Shown here piece after piece: positions 28,896-40,362 of a stretch of DNA of 64,000 bases. Each line of letters begins with the position of its first letter. Within the stretch, counting starts at the first letter, position 1. Below the pieces are notes generated by a model. That model did not search any database. It was not told the origin of the DNA and saw only the letters and a list, made by a program, of their open reading frames with translations. Position numbers and translations under genes: made by a program. Source of the DNA: Lingula anatina (lineage: Eukaryota > Animalia > Brachiopoda). The stretch is from the NCBI GenBank assembly GCA_051362555.1, contig CM120646.1, forward strand, positions 17,980,001 to 18,044,000, read 5' to 3'.

Positions 28896-31800
28896 CGCGT
28901 GCGTGTGTTTTTTGAGAGAGAGAGAATGGACACTTATTGAAATTCACAAAAGAGTTCGTGTATTGTTTAGCCAATGTAAGGACGTGTTTGTGTGTGCATG
29001 TTTGATTTTTGATGTTTGTTTAGATGCTCTTGGATTAAGTCATTTTTTTCTCTGATATAAGTTCATTTGCAAAACTGTGCAATTTTAAAGAAAAATAGTA
29101 AAGCTTTGGAAATATAAAGAAAAAAAGAAAGACAACAAAATTCAGCAGCATGTACCATTCTCATTTTTTCTCTTCGTCTTTCAGCTTCATAACAAGTGCG
29201 CCTCCCAGGTGAAACCTGATTGTGATATGGGAGAATTCAAGGACCACATCCTCCCTCCCACATCTATATGTCCTGCAGTGCTGGTGAGTTCTTCTTGTTA
29301 TCACATCCACTACTACCACCACCACCACCACCACCACCACCACCACCACTACCACCACCACCATTACCTGAAAATTACCAATAATTAGTATTTGCTAGGT
29401 TTTTATTTCTAAAGCGCTGTTTAGATCGATTCCTATTCACATATCTATCAGTCATCTGATTAACACATGCATTTGGCAAATATGGGTGCAATTACTGTTA
29501 CTCTGAATGATGAGGATGTTCAGATGATAAGATTAAAAGGTTACTGTAGCATGTTCAGAATATTTCTGCAAGGCTTTTAACACTAAGTACAGCCTGTAAG
29601 CAATTGCAACATAACCCTAATTATAAAAACATCTGCACTGGTTACAGGTTTGGCAAGACTTTTATTTGAAATTGAAGTTAGTACACATGCAGCATTTTAT
29701 TATCTTTCTTCACCATACATAACAATACGGATTAAATGTCAGGATTATCAAATAACCTTATGCTATGATGACAAACTGGAAACTCCCAGAGCTAGGTTTA
29801 CAATATATGGTGGCATAGTATGTCATATAGCTGCACTACTGGATTAGAAATAAGCTGCATATATTCATGTAAGACCAATACTGTAATGGAGAGCTGAAAA
29901 CACATTTGAAGAGGGTTTTATTCAGGACATTGTTTTTAATTTTTAAAAAATATTATAGAAATCTTAAATAGTTTAAATATATTTGTCACAATTACTTAAT
30001 TTTCTTTTTTATTATTCATTTGTATTAAATTTCACTGCAATCTATTAACTGTACACATATTTTTAGTATTCTTGTCTGTGTACATATGGATCTAGACTTT
30101 AAATAATGCAAATTATAATAATTTTGTTACTTAAAAATTTTCAAGAATAATCTCTTTTTTTTTTCTTCAGGAACGTCAGCCTGCAGGTCGACCCAGACCG
30201 CCTGGCCGTTCAGACTCGGTGGACCAGGAGATGAGTTTATTGACCACAGGGGGCAGCAGCAGTATCAGTTCATTTCAGATCACGCCTCCTGATAACTGTA
30301 TACCACTGCTGGTTTTCGTCAACCCTAAAAGTGGAGGGAAACAAGGCACCAGGTGGGTTACGTGGACCATTTTAGGCCTTTAGCTTTTTTAGGAGGCTTC
30401 TAACTAAGAAATCTTTTATTGATGTTTGTAGAAAAAAGTTTTAAGAATCTTATATCGTATTATAACATAACAGGTGATATTACTTATTACCTTCACCTGG
30501 GAGCTGTCACATGACCTCTCTTATGAAATTGTTTTGTGCCACATAAATTTGGAAAACGGTATTTCTCAGAGTTGCCATTTCTCTGTGAATTGGTCTGGAA
30601 CAACCTCATCCATTTCAACCACCTTCTTCAATTTTCTTAGTCTTTAGTTTTCTATGTTCTCTGTTACAGAATATTAAGGAAGCTCCAGTACCTCCTGAAT
30701 CCAAGACAGGTGTATGATCTGATTAAGGAGAAAGGACCCATGTCTGGGTAAGTAGGACAGCACAAACTGACAGGGATCTATCTGATTGGTAGAATATTAG
30801 CCAAACAATTGAGATGGATTGGTTTTATTTTGGTCAAAGAAAGTGAAATCACTTTTAAGAAAATTTGCCTGTTGATTGTATTTATGATTAAGACTTTTGA
30901 TTTGAATAAATTCTCCTTAAGGGGGATTTCCTCCTTTTTATGTGTAACAAAAGAGGAATAAAAGTTCATGGATTTAAAGTGAAAAAATGAAAATATCAGG
31001 AGAGTGAGAGTTTTTTTCACACCATAACACCATATGTTCTCACATATTTGATACACAGAAAGCTATTACAAGACTGAAAGTATATTTTCTGTCCTTTCAG
31101 GCTCCAGTTTTTCAAAGATGTTCCAAATTTCCGTATTCTCTGCTGTGGAGGCGATGGCACTGTGGGCTGGCTCCTAGACGCCATGGGTAGGAAAACTAAG
31201 GCTTTGGTTTCATACCTGTGTATGTCTCTGGGAAGGGAGGAGGGTTATTTTTTTCTTTTATTTATTTTTTTTTTAATAACATTGTCTAGCTGCTGTCATC
31301 TCTGAGTTTTTTCTTCCCTTAAAACCAGTCTTTGCTTAACTTTGCCTTATTGCACTTTGAAGGAAGTTAATTGGTTTAACATGACATGTTTTTATTTCCA
31401 GACAAGGTTCAGTTTGTGAACAGGCCGCCAGTAGCAGTTCTACCTCTGGGCACAGGAAATGACCTGGCTAGGTGCCTGCGGTGGGGAGGAGGTATGCAAT
31501 TCAGTATTTTCGAACAATTATTTAAAAGTTTATTTAATGTTAATTTTTTATTTAGCGGAACTCATTAAGTCTTTTATGTTACCAGCCCAAATTTTCTGTT
31601 ATCCTGTATGTTTTTGTCAGTTTGACATCTCTCTCTCTCTCTCTCATTCTCTCTCTCTCAGAACACACACACACACAAACAAATTGTTGTTCTCTTTTTC
31701 TACAAATTAAATTGTCTTTCCAGTTACTGTACACATCCTATCCTCATTGTGCTTGTATGTCATCACTTTGTTATTTAACTAATAGGTTATGAAGGAGAAA

Positions 31801-32487
31801 GCTTATCAAAGATTTTACACAAGATTTCTAACAGCACAGTGGTCCTGATGGACAGGTGGAAGATAGAAGTCAGTGCCCCCGAGGGCGGAGACGAGGAGCA
31901 GGGGGATTCCATTCCAACCAACATCATCAACAATTATTTTTCCATTGGGGTGGTAGGTTGATTGTGTGTACAATGCATGTGCCTGATTGCATACTTAAAT
32001 GAATATTGAAAAAATATGGTAGTTGCTTGTGAAAGCCCAACATAATTATATTATAAAGTGTTCTCACAAAGACAATTGGTGGCAAAGCTGGAGTGTCACA
32101 GTTTGTGAATTTGACTTTTCTTTATTTATTTACAGAAATTGACTCTGTGCAACTTGTGTATACTTGATTAATCTTTTTAGGATGCTTCCATATGCCATAG
32201 GTTTCATCTCATGAGGGAAAAGCATCCAGAAAAATTTAACAGTCGGTGAGTATTAAGAAGTGAAATTAAGTTCAAGCATTAGAGTTGTCGTAAGAAACAG
32301 AAATAATGTTAAAAATAAACTCCAATCTCAAAAAGTTACTTGCTTTCATGTTTTAATGCGTCTTGACTTTGAAAACAATTCATTAACCTCTGTTCTGAGA
32401 TCAGTAAATGAATTTTGTAATAAAATGCTGAGAACATTTGATTTGCACATATAATATATGATTTTTTCCCTCTGATTGTAATTTATC

Positions 32488-32529
<42 letters not shown>

Positions 32530-34784
32530 TTCAGAAGTATGTGAACAAGATGGTTTTGAATTTGTCATTTTCAGGATGAAAAACAAGTTGTGGTATTTTG
32601 AGTTTGGTACATCAGAGACATTTTTTGCCACCTGCAAAAATTTACATGAAGATGTAGATATATTGGTAAGAGAATACATGAGTCTTTTATGCTTAATTTA
32701 TATTTTCATATTTTTGTTAGATTCTGCTGATAAAAATTATCTATATCAAAATGAATTTGGCATTTGATTGAACTTACAGTTGTATATCACATTATTGCTG
32801 CTAGTATGTGAAGAACATTATAAGGGAGTTTATTTGTCAGTCAGTGTCAGCCTACTTAACTAGTATATATATTGTATTCAGCGTTTCCATTATTCAAGTT
32901 ACTGAAGTTTTGGTTCTTATTGTACCCTTTTGCATCACTTAAAGATGTTTACTGTTCTTCATCCTCTCCCCATCATTCCAGGCTGACAACTGCTCTCTAG
33001 ACTCTGCCAATGGACCAAGGTTGGAAGGCATTGCCATCCTCAACATCCCCAGTATATATGGGGGGTCCAATCTCTGGGGGGAGAACCCAGGGCAAAAGAA
33101 GAGGAAAAAGGCACAAAGAAATGCTAAGAGGGACAAAGACAGGGAATTTTCTTCCAGTAGTATGTCATCAGTGGATCTCCATTTTGCTGTGCAAGGTGAA
33201 TATTTAAATGGATCTTGATTTGATCTTTAATGCCTTTTGTGAAACAGGACTCTAAAAGAACCATCATGGGTAAAAAGGTTCATGTCAGCTGTCTTCGCCT
33301 CAGCAGCAAGCATAAACCATTTGAGGACATCATTTGATTTTAAACATAATTGTAAAAAAGTAGTGACAAAAAAATCAGAGACACTGATTGAAGACAGGAT
33401 ATGAGGGGGCCGTAGCGATAGTCCGAAGGTTCATTGGTCCGAATATTCACTATAGAACCTTTGGACCAATGAACCCTTGATTAAAAAATCGATGAAAATG
33501 TTACCACTTTTCGGACCAATGAACCTTCGGACTATCGAGACGCCCCCGATATGAGAACTGATTTATACATATATCAAGCTTTAACTATGATAACTTTTTG
33601 GGAAAATGATTAAGCCTGGTCAATTTATATTGTGGGAGTTTTTTTAAAGAAAACATACTAAAACCCCCCTATTTTTCAGATATTGGAGACAATTCAATTG
33701 AAGTGGTGGGTCTGGACAACACAATGCACGCAGCTCAAGTCAAAGTTGGTCTCAGAAACTCTGGCCGCAGGCTGGCGCAGTGTTCTCAAGTAGTCATCAG
33801 GTAAGGAGAGATGTTTTATAAGAAATTTTTTAAAGTTTTGAAATATTTTGAAATCATTGTAAACATTATAAGATATTAAGCATAAATAATGATTATGAGT
33901 ACTTTTCCAATTAACAATTATAATTATAAAAAATAATCATAATTCACGAGGAATAGAAACTAAGAATCATGTCTTCAAGAGAAAAAGGGTTAGTGTGGAA
34001 ATATACTGAAGAGGACCAAAACTTGGTAAATGTCATTGCTTTCACTTTTTAGGACACGCAAGCGTTTTCCTATGCAGATTGATGGAGAGCCTTGGATTCA
34101 GACACCCTGCACGGTAAGTGTGCTTTTTTCACTATTACAGGATGGATATTAAGACTGACTGTCATGTGAGTTGTTCCACAAAAAATATTGATCATATTTC
34201 TTAAAATGTTCATAATTGTTTTATATCACTTTTTAATTTCGGTTTGCTGTCTTTCCATATTATAAGGTCCTAACATGTAAACAGACATGATAATTTTCAG
34301 ACAATGGATGGATTGTCTAGTTTGTTCAATCTCAAAAAAAAAAAAAAATCATTCTTGAGATAAGCGCACATCTGTCGAAAACTTTTCAAGGGAATGGGGG
34401 GAGGGATGTCAGGATGCATATGGACTGTGGAAGTAACTAGATGTACCTAGACTCTCTGGATCCTCGGGTACTTTTCTGTTTCCTCCATATAAAAAATTAA
34501 AATCACATTCTCATGTCTGTTAAAAAGCAGAAAAAATTAGGGGACATGTCCAAATATTAAACAAAATGTGTGCATCACTGACATGAATATAGCTTATAGG
34601 TTTTTTTTTCTTTTGTGAAATGAGCCATGTCAAAGTGTATGTTCTGTTAGTATTTGGTGGTATTTTGATTTTTAATGAATTTTTGTTTTGATTTCAGATT
34701 TCCATTAGTTTAAAGAATCAGGTTCCTATGTGCATTGGCCCTCTCTCCAGAAAGAAAAGATCTTTCTTTAGCTTCTGGTCTTAA
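11478..34784 (+). CDS. Dgk: Type I (EF-hand, C1) diacylglycerol kinase, DGK alpha/beta/gamma-like; 23 coding exons, 2730 nt, ~909 aa
   Basis: Phase-consistent exons: 11478-11541, 15371-15447, 15837-16191, 17662-17817, 23506-23673, 24362-24411, 24945-25019, 25495-25614, 25973-26090, 27287-27375, 28706-28822, 29185-29283, 30171-30352, 30670-30747, 31101-31186, 31402-31491, 31786-31952, 32181-32245, 32575-32665, 32982-33195, 33680-33800, 34053-34113, 34698-34784. Motifs: [60 protein letters not shown], two C1 domains, [50 protein letters not shown]. Confidence 0.96.
12511..12620. repeat. Compound poly-C / (CT)n / (CACT)n microsatellite
   Basis: Direct inspection. Confidence 0.95.
14514..14527. 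promoter_or_regulatory. RFX X-box motif in DGK coding intron 1
   Basis: GTTTCCATGGCAAC. Confidence 0.5.
23450..23463. promoter_or_regulatory. RFX X-box motif upstream of DGK exon 5
   Basis: GTTGCCAGGGCAAC. Confidence 0.45.
23506..29283 (+). CDS. Dgk: DGK coding exons 5-12: EF hands and tandem C1 zinc fingers
   Basis: EF loops [12 protein letters not shown] and [12 protein letters not shown]; C1[18 protein letters not shown]...[12 protein letters not shown]; C1[16 protein letters not shown]...[13 protein letters not shown]. Confidence 0.96.
23700..23953. mobile_element. MITE with long imperfect TIRs, copy 1
   Basis: CCAATGAAA...TAGATCAAGCCAACTCCATGGGGACTCTC mirrored by GAGAGTCTCCGTGGAGTTGGATTGATCTA...TTTCATTGGGAATGAGCC; related copy at 60651-60904. 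Confidence 0.8.
24425..24570. mobile_element. Small MITE-like element with ~25-bp imperfect TIRs
   Basis: ACCAGGTCCCCGTAACTCGATAGCA pairs imperfectly with TGCTTTCGAGCTACGGGGCCTAGGT; CpG-rich island in a CpG-poor intron. Confidence 0.65.
25202..25267. repeat. (ATTT)n microsatellite
   Basis: Direct inspection. Confidence 0.95.
26330..26500. mobile_element. Foldback element with 54-bp inverted arms; probable Penelope-like retroelement remnant
   Basis: 26330-26383 matches the reverse complement of 26447-26500 with 3 mismatches; the loop holds a poly-T run and the hammerhead motif. Confidence 0.6.
26409..26445 (+). ncRNA. Minimal type I hammerhead ribozyme-like motif (Penelope-like type)
   Basis: AAUUC-CUGAAGA-A-GGCC(UAG)GGCC-GAAA-GC-UU-GGAUU: core CUGANGA/GAAA, 4-bp stem II, palindromic AAGCUU helix III, stem I AAUUC/GGAUU with one G-U pair. 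Confidence 0.6.
28827..28892. repeat. (GT)n microsatellite abutting the DGK exon 11 donor
   Basis: Direct inspection. Confidence 0.95.
29308..29363. repeat. (CAC)n trinucleotide repeat
   Basis: Direct inspection. Confidence 0.9.
30171..34784 (+). CDS. Dgk: DGK coding exons 13-23: catalytic and accessory domains
   Basis: [68 protein letters not shown]; stop TAA at 34782-34784. Confidence 0.97.
32490..32526. repeat. (AT)n microsatellite
   Basis: Direct inspection. Confidence 0.95.
33405..33547. mobile_element. MITE (~143 bp) with ~38-bp TIRs and 7-8-bp target-site duplication
   Basis: 28-bp perfect inverted core CGATAGTCCGAAGGTTCATTGGTCCGAA; ends GGGGGC/GCCCCC; direct repeat GATATGA(G) at 33398 and 33548. 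Confidence 0.85.
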
Positions 34785-35050
34785 CCCATTAAAGTAAGTT
34801 TATTATTATTATTATTATAATGATATTTATTTATCCAAAATTTGTTTTCTTGTTATGTTTTGTAAGTATGAAATTGCAGCTGTTATATTATCATTTAAGA
34901 CATGACAGTTTATTCGTGATGTTTATAATATCTTTCTAGTTTTGACATAATGTTTAACAGTGACAGTGTCTTCTATTTTCATGCTTTAAGTTTGATACAT
35001 TTCAAAGTATAGTTTTTCTGTACATTTCAAGGTGATGTTTTTCTCCTCAG

Positions 35051-38000
35051 GTCCATACCAGGTATTGCATTTGGTTCTACTGATGTCTTCAAAGCCCTTA
35101 TCAGGGATTGCGTCACATCCATGGGTCATTGTCACTCAAGTGTCACCTGAACTTCTTTTTGGCACTCCTGGGACAAAAAGGCAGCAGATCAGTGTCCTTA
35201 AGATGTTTTATATATCCTTGCATCACGTACAGAATGTGTCATCACGTATGAAGTGTCACACATGCTTTGCAACTTAAGTGTCACCAGAGGATGTCAACCT
35301 AAAGTTCCAGCTTCTCCTGTCATGTAGACAGAAATTACCCAACAGTGGATTTCCCCCGACACAAGGGACAAATGACATATATTTTCCTGGACAGTGTGAC
35401 ATTATATGTCAAAATCATGACACAGTGTTGCCTAGTCACTGTCAAAGTCATGACACTGTGTTGCCTTGTCACGTTGTGTCACAGTCATGACACAGTGTTG
35501 CCTTGTCACAGAGATGTCAAATCACATTGATAGCGGTGATGTCTTTCAGCCAATGTGATATATCAGTCACTTTGGCATCACCATGGCGATAGAACATGGT
35601 GGACCTCTGGTGTCTAATGACTCTTTTGACTGAAGGTTTTTGCATATGAGAGTTTTTTTTTTCCTTTCTGGAGAAAAGGGCATATATAATTGAAAATGAG
35701 CTCATGGGTGTGTGTGTGTTTTTTTTATTATTATTTTTATTTATTTAATCTGGAAAATAGAGCTTATATTTTGAGGGAAAAGTTGTGATGCCAACAATGA
35801 GGCAAGATAGATCCATGAAAAGATGAAGAAGGCAGGTTCACACCTATATATGCCCTTTGAACCCATTTCCATTTTTGCCTGATCTCTAATTTTTTTCTCT
35901 GTTGGCATTTTGTGACAATGAGTGATTTTTTCACCATTTATTGTTTCGACGTATCTTCTTTTTCAGGCACAATCATTTGTCAGTGCAAAAGTTAATGTCT
36001 CAGAGAAATTATATAATATATCATTTTACTTATCATTTGTAAAAAGTGTGATTCTTTAATTGCTCTGTCACATTTTATATAGCTGTAGGTCATCTGTTGA
36101 CTTGATTGAGTGCTTGACGTTTAGATTAAAAAATATTGGAACTACATTTCACACTTTCAGCATAATTGAAAACATTTTACTGTATCACAAGTCTGAGTTA
36201 TTCTTTAGTAGTTAGCACAAAGTGTGGTCCTTCTCTAGGTCCATTTCTCACATGCATGCATGTATACAAGCGTGCACACACACACATATTCATATATGTA
36301 TATATTGAAGCAACCCTGATACACATATGCCTTGCTTGGTTGATCCAATCTGTGTATTTATTCAGAATTCACTTTTTTTATATCAAAAATCAGTATTTAT
36401 TAGTTTAATTTTTATAACTGAACTCGTGTTTATTTATGGTGTGAGTGTGTGACTGGTTACCACAGCCTGGAATGCCTGCTGTCATGGAGGTTTTTTTGGT
36501 GCCAGTACCCTTATGTTAGAGTACCCTTGTGGTAATATTACAATAACAAGGCCATCATTTTATGGTGAAGTTCTTTGGTGTATATATATATATGTAAATT
36601 GAGAGCAAAATTGGTACAGCCTTTTTTCCCCTAAAGAAGGAGTACCTCTTTGCTTTATTGTGACTTTGAGTGGCACATCTTCCCTATTTTCTATTAAAAG
36701 TTTTTCTCCCTTTTTCTCAACGATCATGTATGCTTGTTAAGTAGGTTTTAGGAAAAAAGGAGTATAGATGTCTCTGTTTCTTTTGAAAAGCTAGTGTGAA
36801 TGGCTTCTGCTCCTAGAGCCATGGTAAAAAAAATATGTATTCCTTTCAGTATCATTAAAGTATACAGGAAACAAATGCCTTACAAATGAGCATTTTGATC
36901 TGACAGAATGTAGATAGAGAAATCTACAAGCAAGAATGTCAAGATTACTGCACAACTTTAAATTGGGTCTCTTGAATTAAAAATGTATGACAATTCGTAG
37001 AAAGTGATACTTTTTTGTAATTTTTTTTCCTTGTTAAGCGCTTGGCTCTTTGTTAATTTTTCTAAATGTTCTTTTGTGTGCATTTATTTTTTACACAGAA
37101 GTTCAAAGTGCTGAGACATTCGGCTACTTTGTGAATAAAAAAGTACAGTCAGTGCAACCCCTATGTTAAAGCCAAAAAACATCAACCAAAGACATGTTTT
37201 AAAACAAAAAATAAAAAAACTATCTAGGAAAAAAGGGTGGATAGGATTTTTAAGAGTCGGGATGTATTTTACAGTTTTAGACAATGTTATGATTATTATT
37301 TCACCTGTACAGCAGTGGATTATAACATATAGGAAATATGATGTTAATGGCAATTGATTCATACTTCTAGTTTGATTCTGCATGTAGTAAGACAAACAGA
37401 AAAAAATTCAAAATAAGTCTTATGAAAGAAAAAGAGTTGTCCTTTTTACCCATTTCCTCAAAGAGTATTGGATATATAACTGCTCTGCCAATTGTGTATT
37501 TCTCATTATTATTATATTATTGAGACAGATTGTTTCAAAAGACATTATTTAAAAGCTCTATTTAAAGTTGATAATGCACAGAAAGATTTGAAGCAGCATA
37601 TGCAGTGAATATCACTAGTTCGGGAATTTTACCCTAAAAGTCGTACATGTATTTAGCGTATTTTGTCGTCATTATTCAAAAATTCCCTAGAATTGTTTCA
37701 AAAGAAATATCTTTTTTATAAAGAATAGAATGTATTAAGGCTTACATTTCTTATATTTGTAAATGTCATTTTCATCATTGTTCAATAATTCTAATTCCAC
37801 CTACTGAATAATATGCCTGTCTTTTTACTAAGGTACACTATTGTTACATTATGATAGTTTTATGTACTTGTAAATACACAGAGTAAATACCGCACTGCAT
37901 CTCGTGCTATTCACTAAATCCTTTATTACGACATTTACATCTTATGAAAACTTATAGTACAAATTTTACATAACATGTATAGAGATAACCTGAAGCCAGA

Positions 38001-38090
38001 TCTGGTCCACAAACGATTGTACGTGTACAAAGCTTTACTGAACTGTTTCATGTAATTTTTCGGGAAATAAATACAATCTTGTGGACATTC
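35051..38090 (+). other. Probable non-coding terminal exon (~3 kb 3'UTR) of DGK
   Basis: Donor AAA|GTAAGT at 34793/34794 after the stop; acceptor ttctcctcag| at 35050; AATAAA at 38066-38071 followed by a T-rich tract (~38113-38150). Confidence 0.55.
35415..35509 (+). repeat. Three copies of a 25-nt motif in the DGK 3'UTR
   Basis: TCATGACACWGTGTTGCCTWGTCAC at 35415, 35448, 35485. Confidence 0.85.
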
Positions 38091-39564
38091 TTCTACTAAT
38101 CTTAACAGAACGTTTTTGTTTATTTTATTTTTTTATTTTTTTTTTTTTGTGTCGAAGAAAAGAAGTTTCCTGGGCGCTAACACTGATATATCTATTTATT
38201 TACTAGTAAATTACAAGCATGTTTCCCAGTTTTCATACATTTGCACAGCTGCATAATTTAATCGTTATACCCGTTGCTTATCAGAGGTTACCTGTACTTT
38301 TCTTCTATCAGAAATGGATTTTTGTAGTTTAAAATATTTACGTTGCTTAATTGCCAAATTAGAATGTCGGCCACTTCGGAACTTGTCATGAATTAGCCAG
38401 AAAAAAATATCTGTGAATATATAATGAAAAATCAGTTAAGGGCACTGGTAGAAGGTAAAAGTAGGTATGAAGTATCACGAAGGTGTCATATGATAGGGTC
38501 AGAGACCTCGGACAGAGCGCAGTGAGGGATTCTTGTCATTCCCTGCACGGGTGCTTCTGGATCTGCCTGGGTGACTTTGCTGGTTTTCTCTCGTCCTCCT
38601 ACCTGGCAGCGGTTTTAACTGACGAGTTCACTTGAATTCACCACTGCGCCGCTGACTCTGTTAAAACCGTACAATGAGCGTCAGGTCTTTACACATGTAC
38701 ATGAAAACATTGTAATTTTCCTGTAAACTTCAGTTGACCCTTTTCCCTTACTACAAACGAATTACATACTATGGTCAATTGTTGTCTTTTATCAGTTTCT
38801 GCTCCATAGGCTGCCTGACAGCCTGACATTTGGGTGTATATTAAAAAAAAACATTGCCATGAGAATAATATTACAGCATGACGTAATAAAAAACAGCACA
38901 CAGTTAGCTCTCAGTGACGTCACAAATGTATGCTAATGAGACAAATTCTCACCCGAAAAGAAAGTGATTTCTGACTGACACAGAATATATTATCCAGTTT
39001 TCATTTTCTCTTGTTGGCGGACTGTTAATGCGTTTTTGTTTGTGTCCAGTTTTATTAATATCTGTTCTTGTATTTTTCTATACAGTGACATTATAGTAGA
39101 TTGGGACAACGCTAGTAACTGCTGTATAGTTTCAGTAGAAATCAAGACAGCCACATCAAAGGGTCCTAACTAATTGTTTATGTGGTTTAAAGTTAATGTC
39201 CTGCATATCAACATAACCTAACATGATGGCAAAATGATTTTACCTTATGTTGTAAGTATAGAGGCTGTCAAAAAAACGGCCACTTCGTACATTCGTGTTC
39301 ACTTTTATCCCAAACCTTTACTGTATGTGTTTTTTCACTTCGAATCTGAAAAGCAACGTCAAAAGTATAAACATTTTGCACCGTATATCAAAGAAGATAC
39401 ATTAGCGAATACCAAAAAGTGATTGCGATTCACGTCGATGATTTAAGTAACGGAAATTCGATAAGCCCTGTAGCTCTCAATTCTAATCACGAAGCACTCT
39501 AAAAACACAGAGAAACCGATGGTGAGAAACAGGCTGTAAAACGAGAAGGCAGCGAGTCTTGAGT

Positions 39565-39661
39565 GTCAGGAAAAGAGATTGAATTTCCCTCTATGTGACC
39601 CCAGTAGCTGAATTACGTCGCCAGCTGGAATATGGGATCGAAACATAGGCGCTCCCTGACG
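39565..39661 (+). other. Candidate non-coding first exon of paralog A
   Basis: Donor ACG|GTAAGT at 39661/39662, ~700 nt upstream of ttttccag|ATG 40363, matching the layout of paralogs B and C; start coordinate is approximate. Confidence 0.5.
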
Positions 39662-40362
39662 GTAAGTGGTTTGACTTATAAAGTGGGTGTTATGCAAAAC
39701 AATGCCTATTTAATTTGAAACGACTAATGTACATGTTTCAAATTCCAGTATAGAACTGAAGCCTGAACTTTTTTCTCGCGGCTACGTAACTTATTGAGTC
39801 ATTCCTGCTTTGAGAATGTTTAGTCAAATGACATACGGCATGTGTTCAAATGAAATAAATCAAATTTCATTTCATTGAGCAAAAAACATGCCTGAGTAGG
39901 ATTTGAAAATTAAGTGAAAAGTGATTTAATCATACACCAGTATTTTAACGAAAGAATGTCATCTCCAAATTAAATTTATAGACAATAGGCTTACTCCCCC
40001 CCCCCTCCGCCCCCAATCTCATTCAACACCCGGCCCTTGCTATGCGTGACTGGTCAGTAGTCGTAGCACCTTAACATACGTGTTACCTCGACCGCATCCG
40101 TCATAGAAACGCAACTGATGTACTAGCGCGCTGAACCGACACGTGGAAATTTTACGAAACCCCCACACTTTTTTATATATAATAAAAAAACGCATCTTTC
40201 CATGGAGCGTGAAGGGAGGTGGAGAAAATTTCTCTTGTCCCCTCTCCATTGTCACCCATCCTGGATCCGCTTGTAAACGTTTTGAAAAATAAATAAATAA
40301 TAATAATAATTATTATTATTGTTGTTGTCATTTTTTATTGTCGAATTTTGTCATTTTTCCAG

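Noticed and set aside
35415-35509. CRISPR-like spaced repeats
   Set aside because: Eukaryotic context, spacers only 8-12 nt, no cas genes.
39580-39589. NF-kB-like site (reverse GGGAAATTCA) near paralog A
   Set aside because: Imperfect single match expected by chance in AT-rich DNA.
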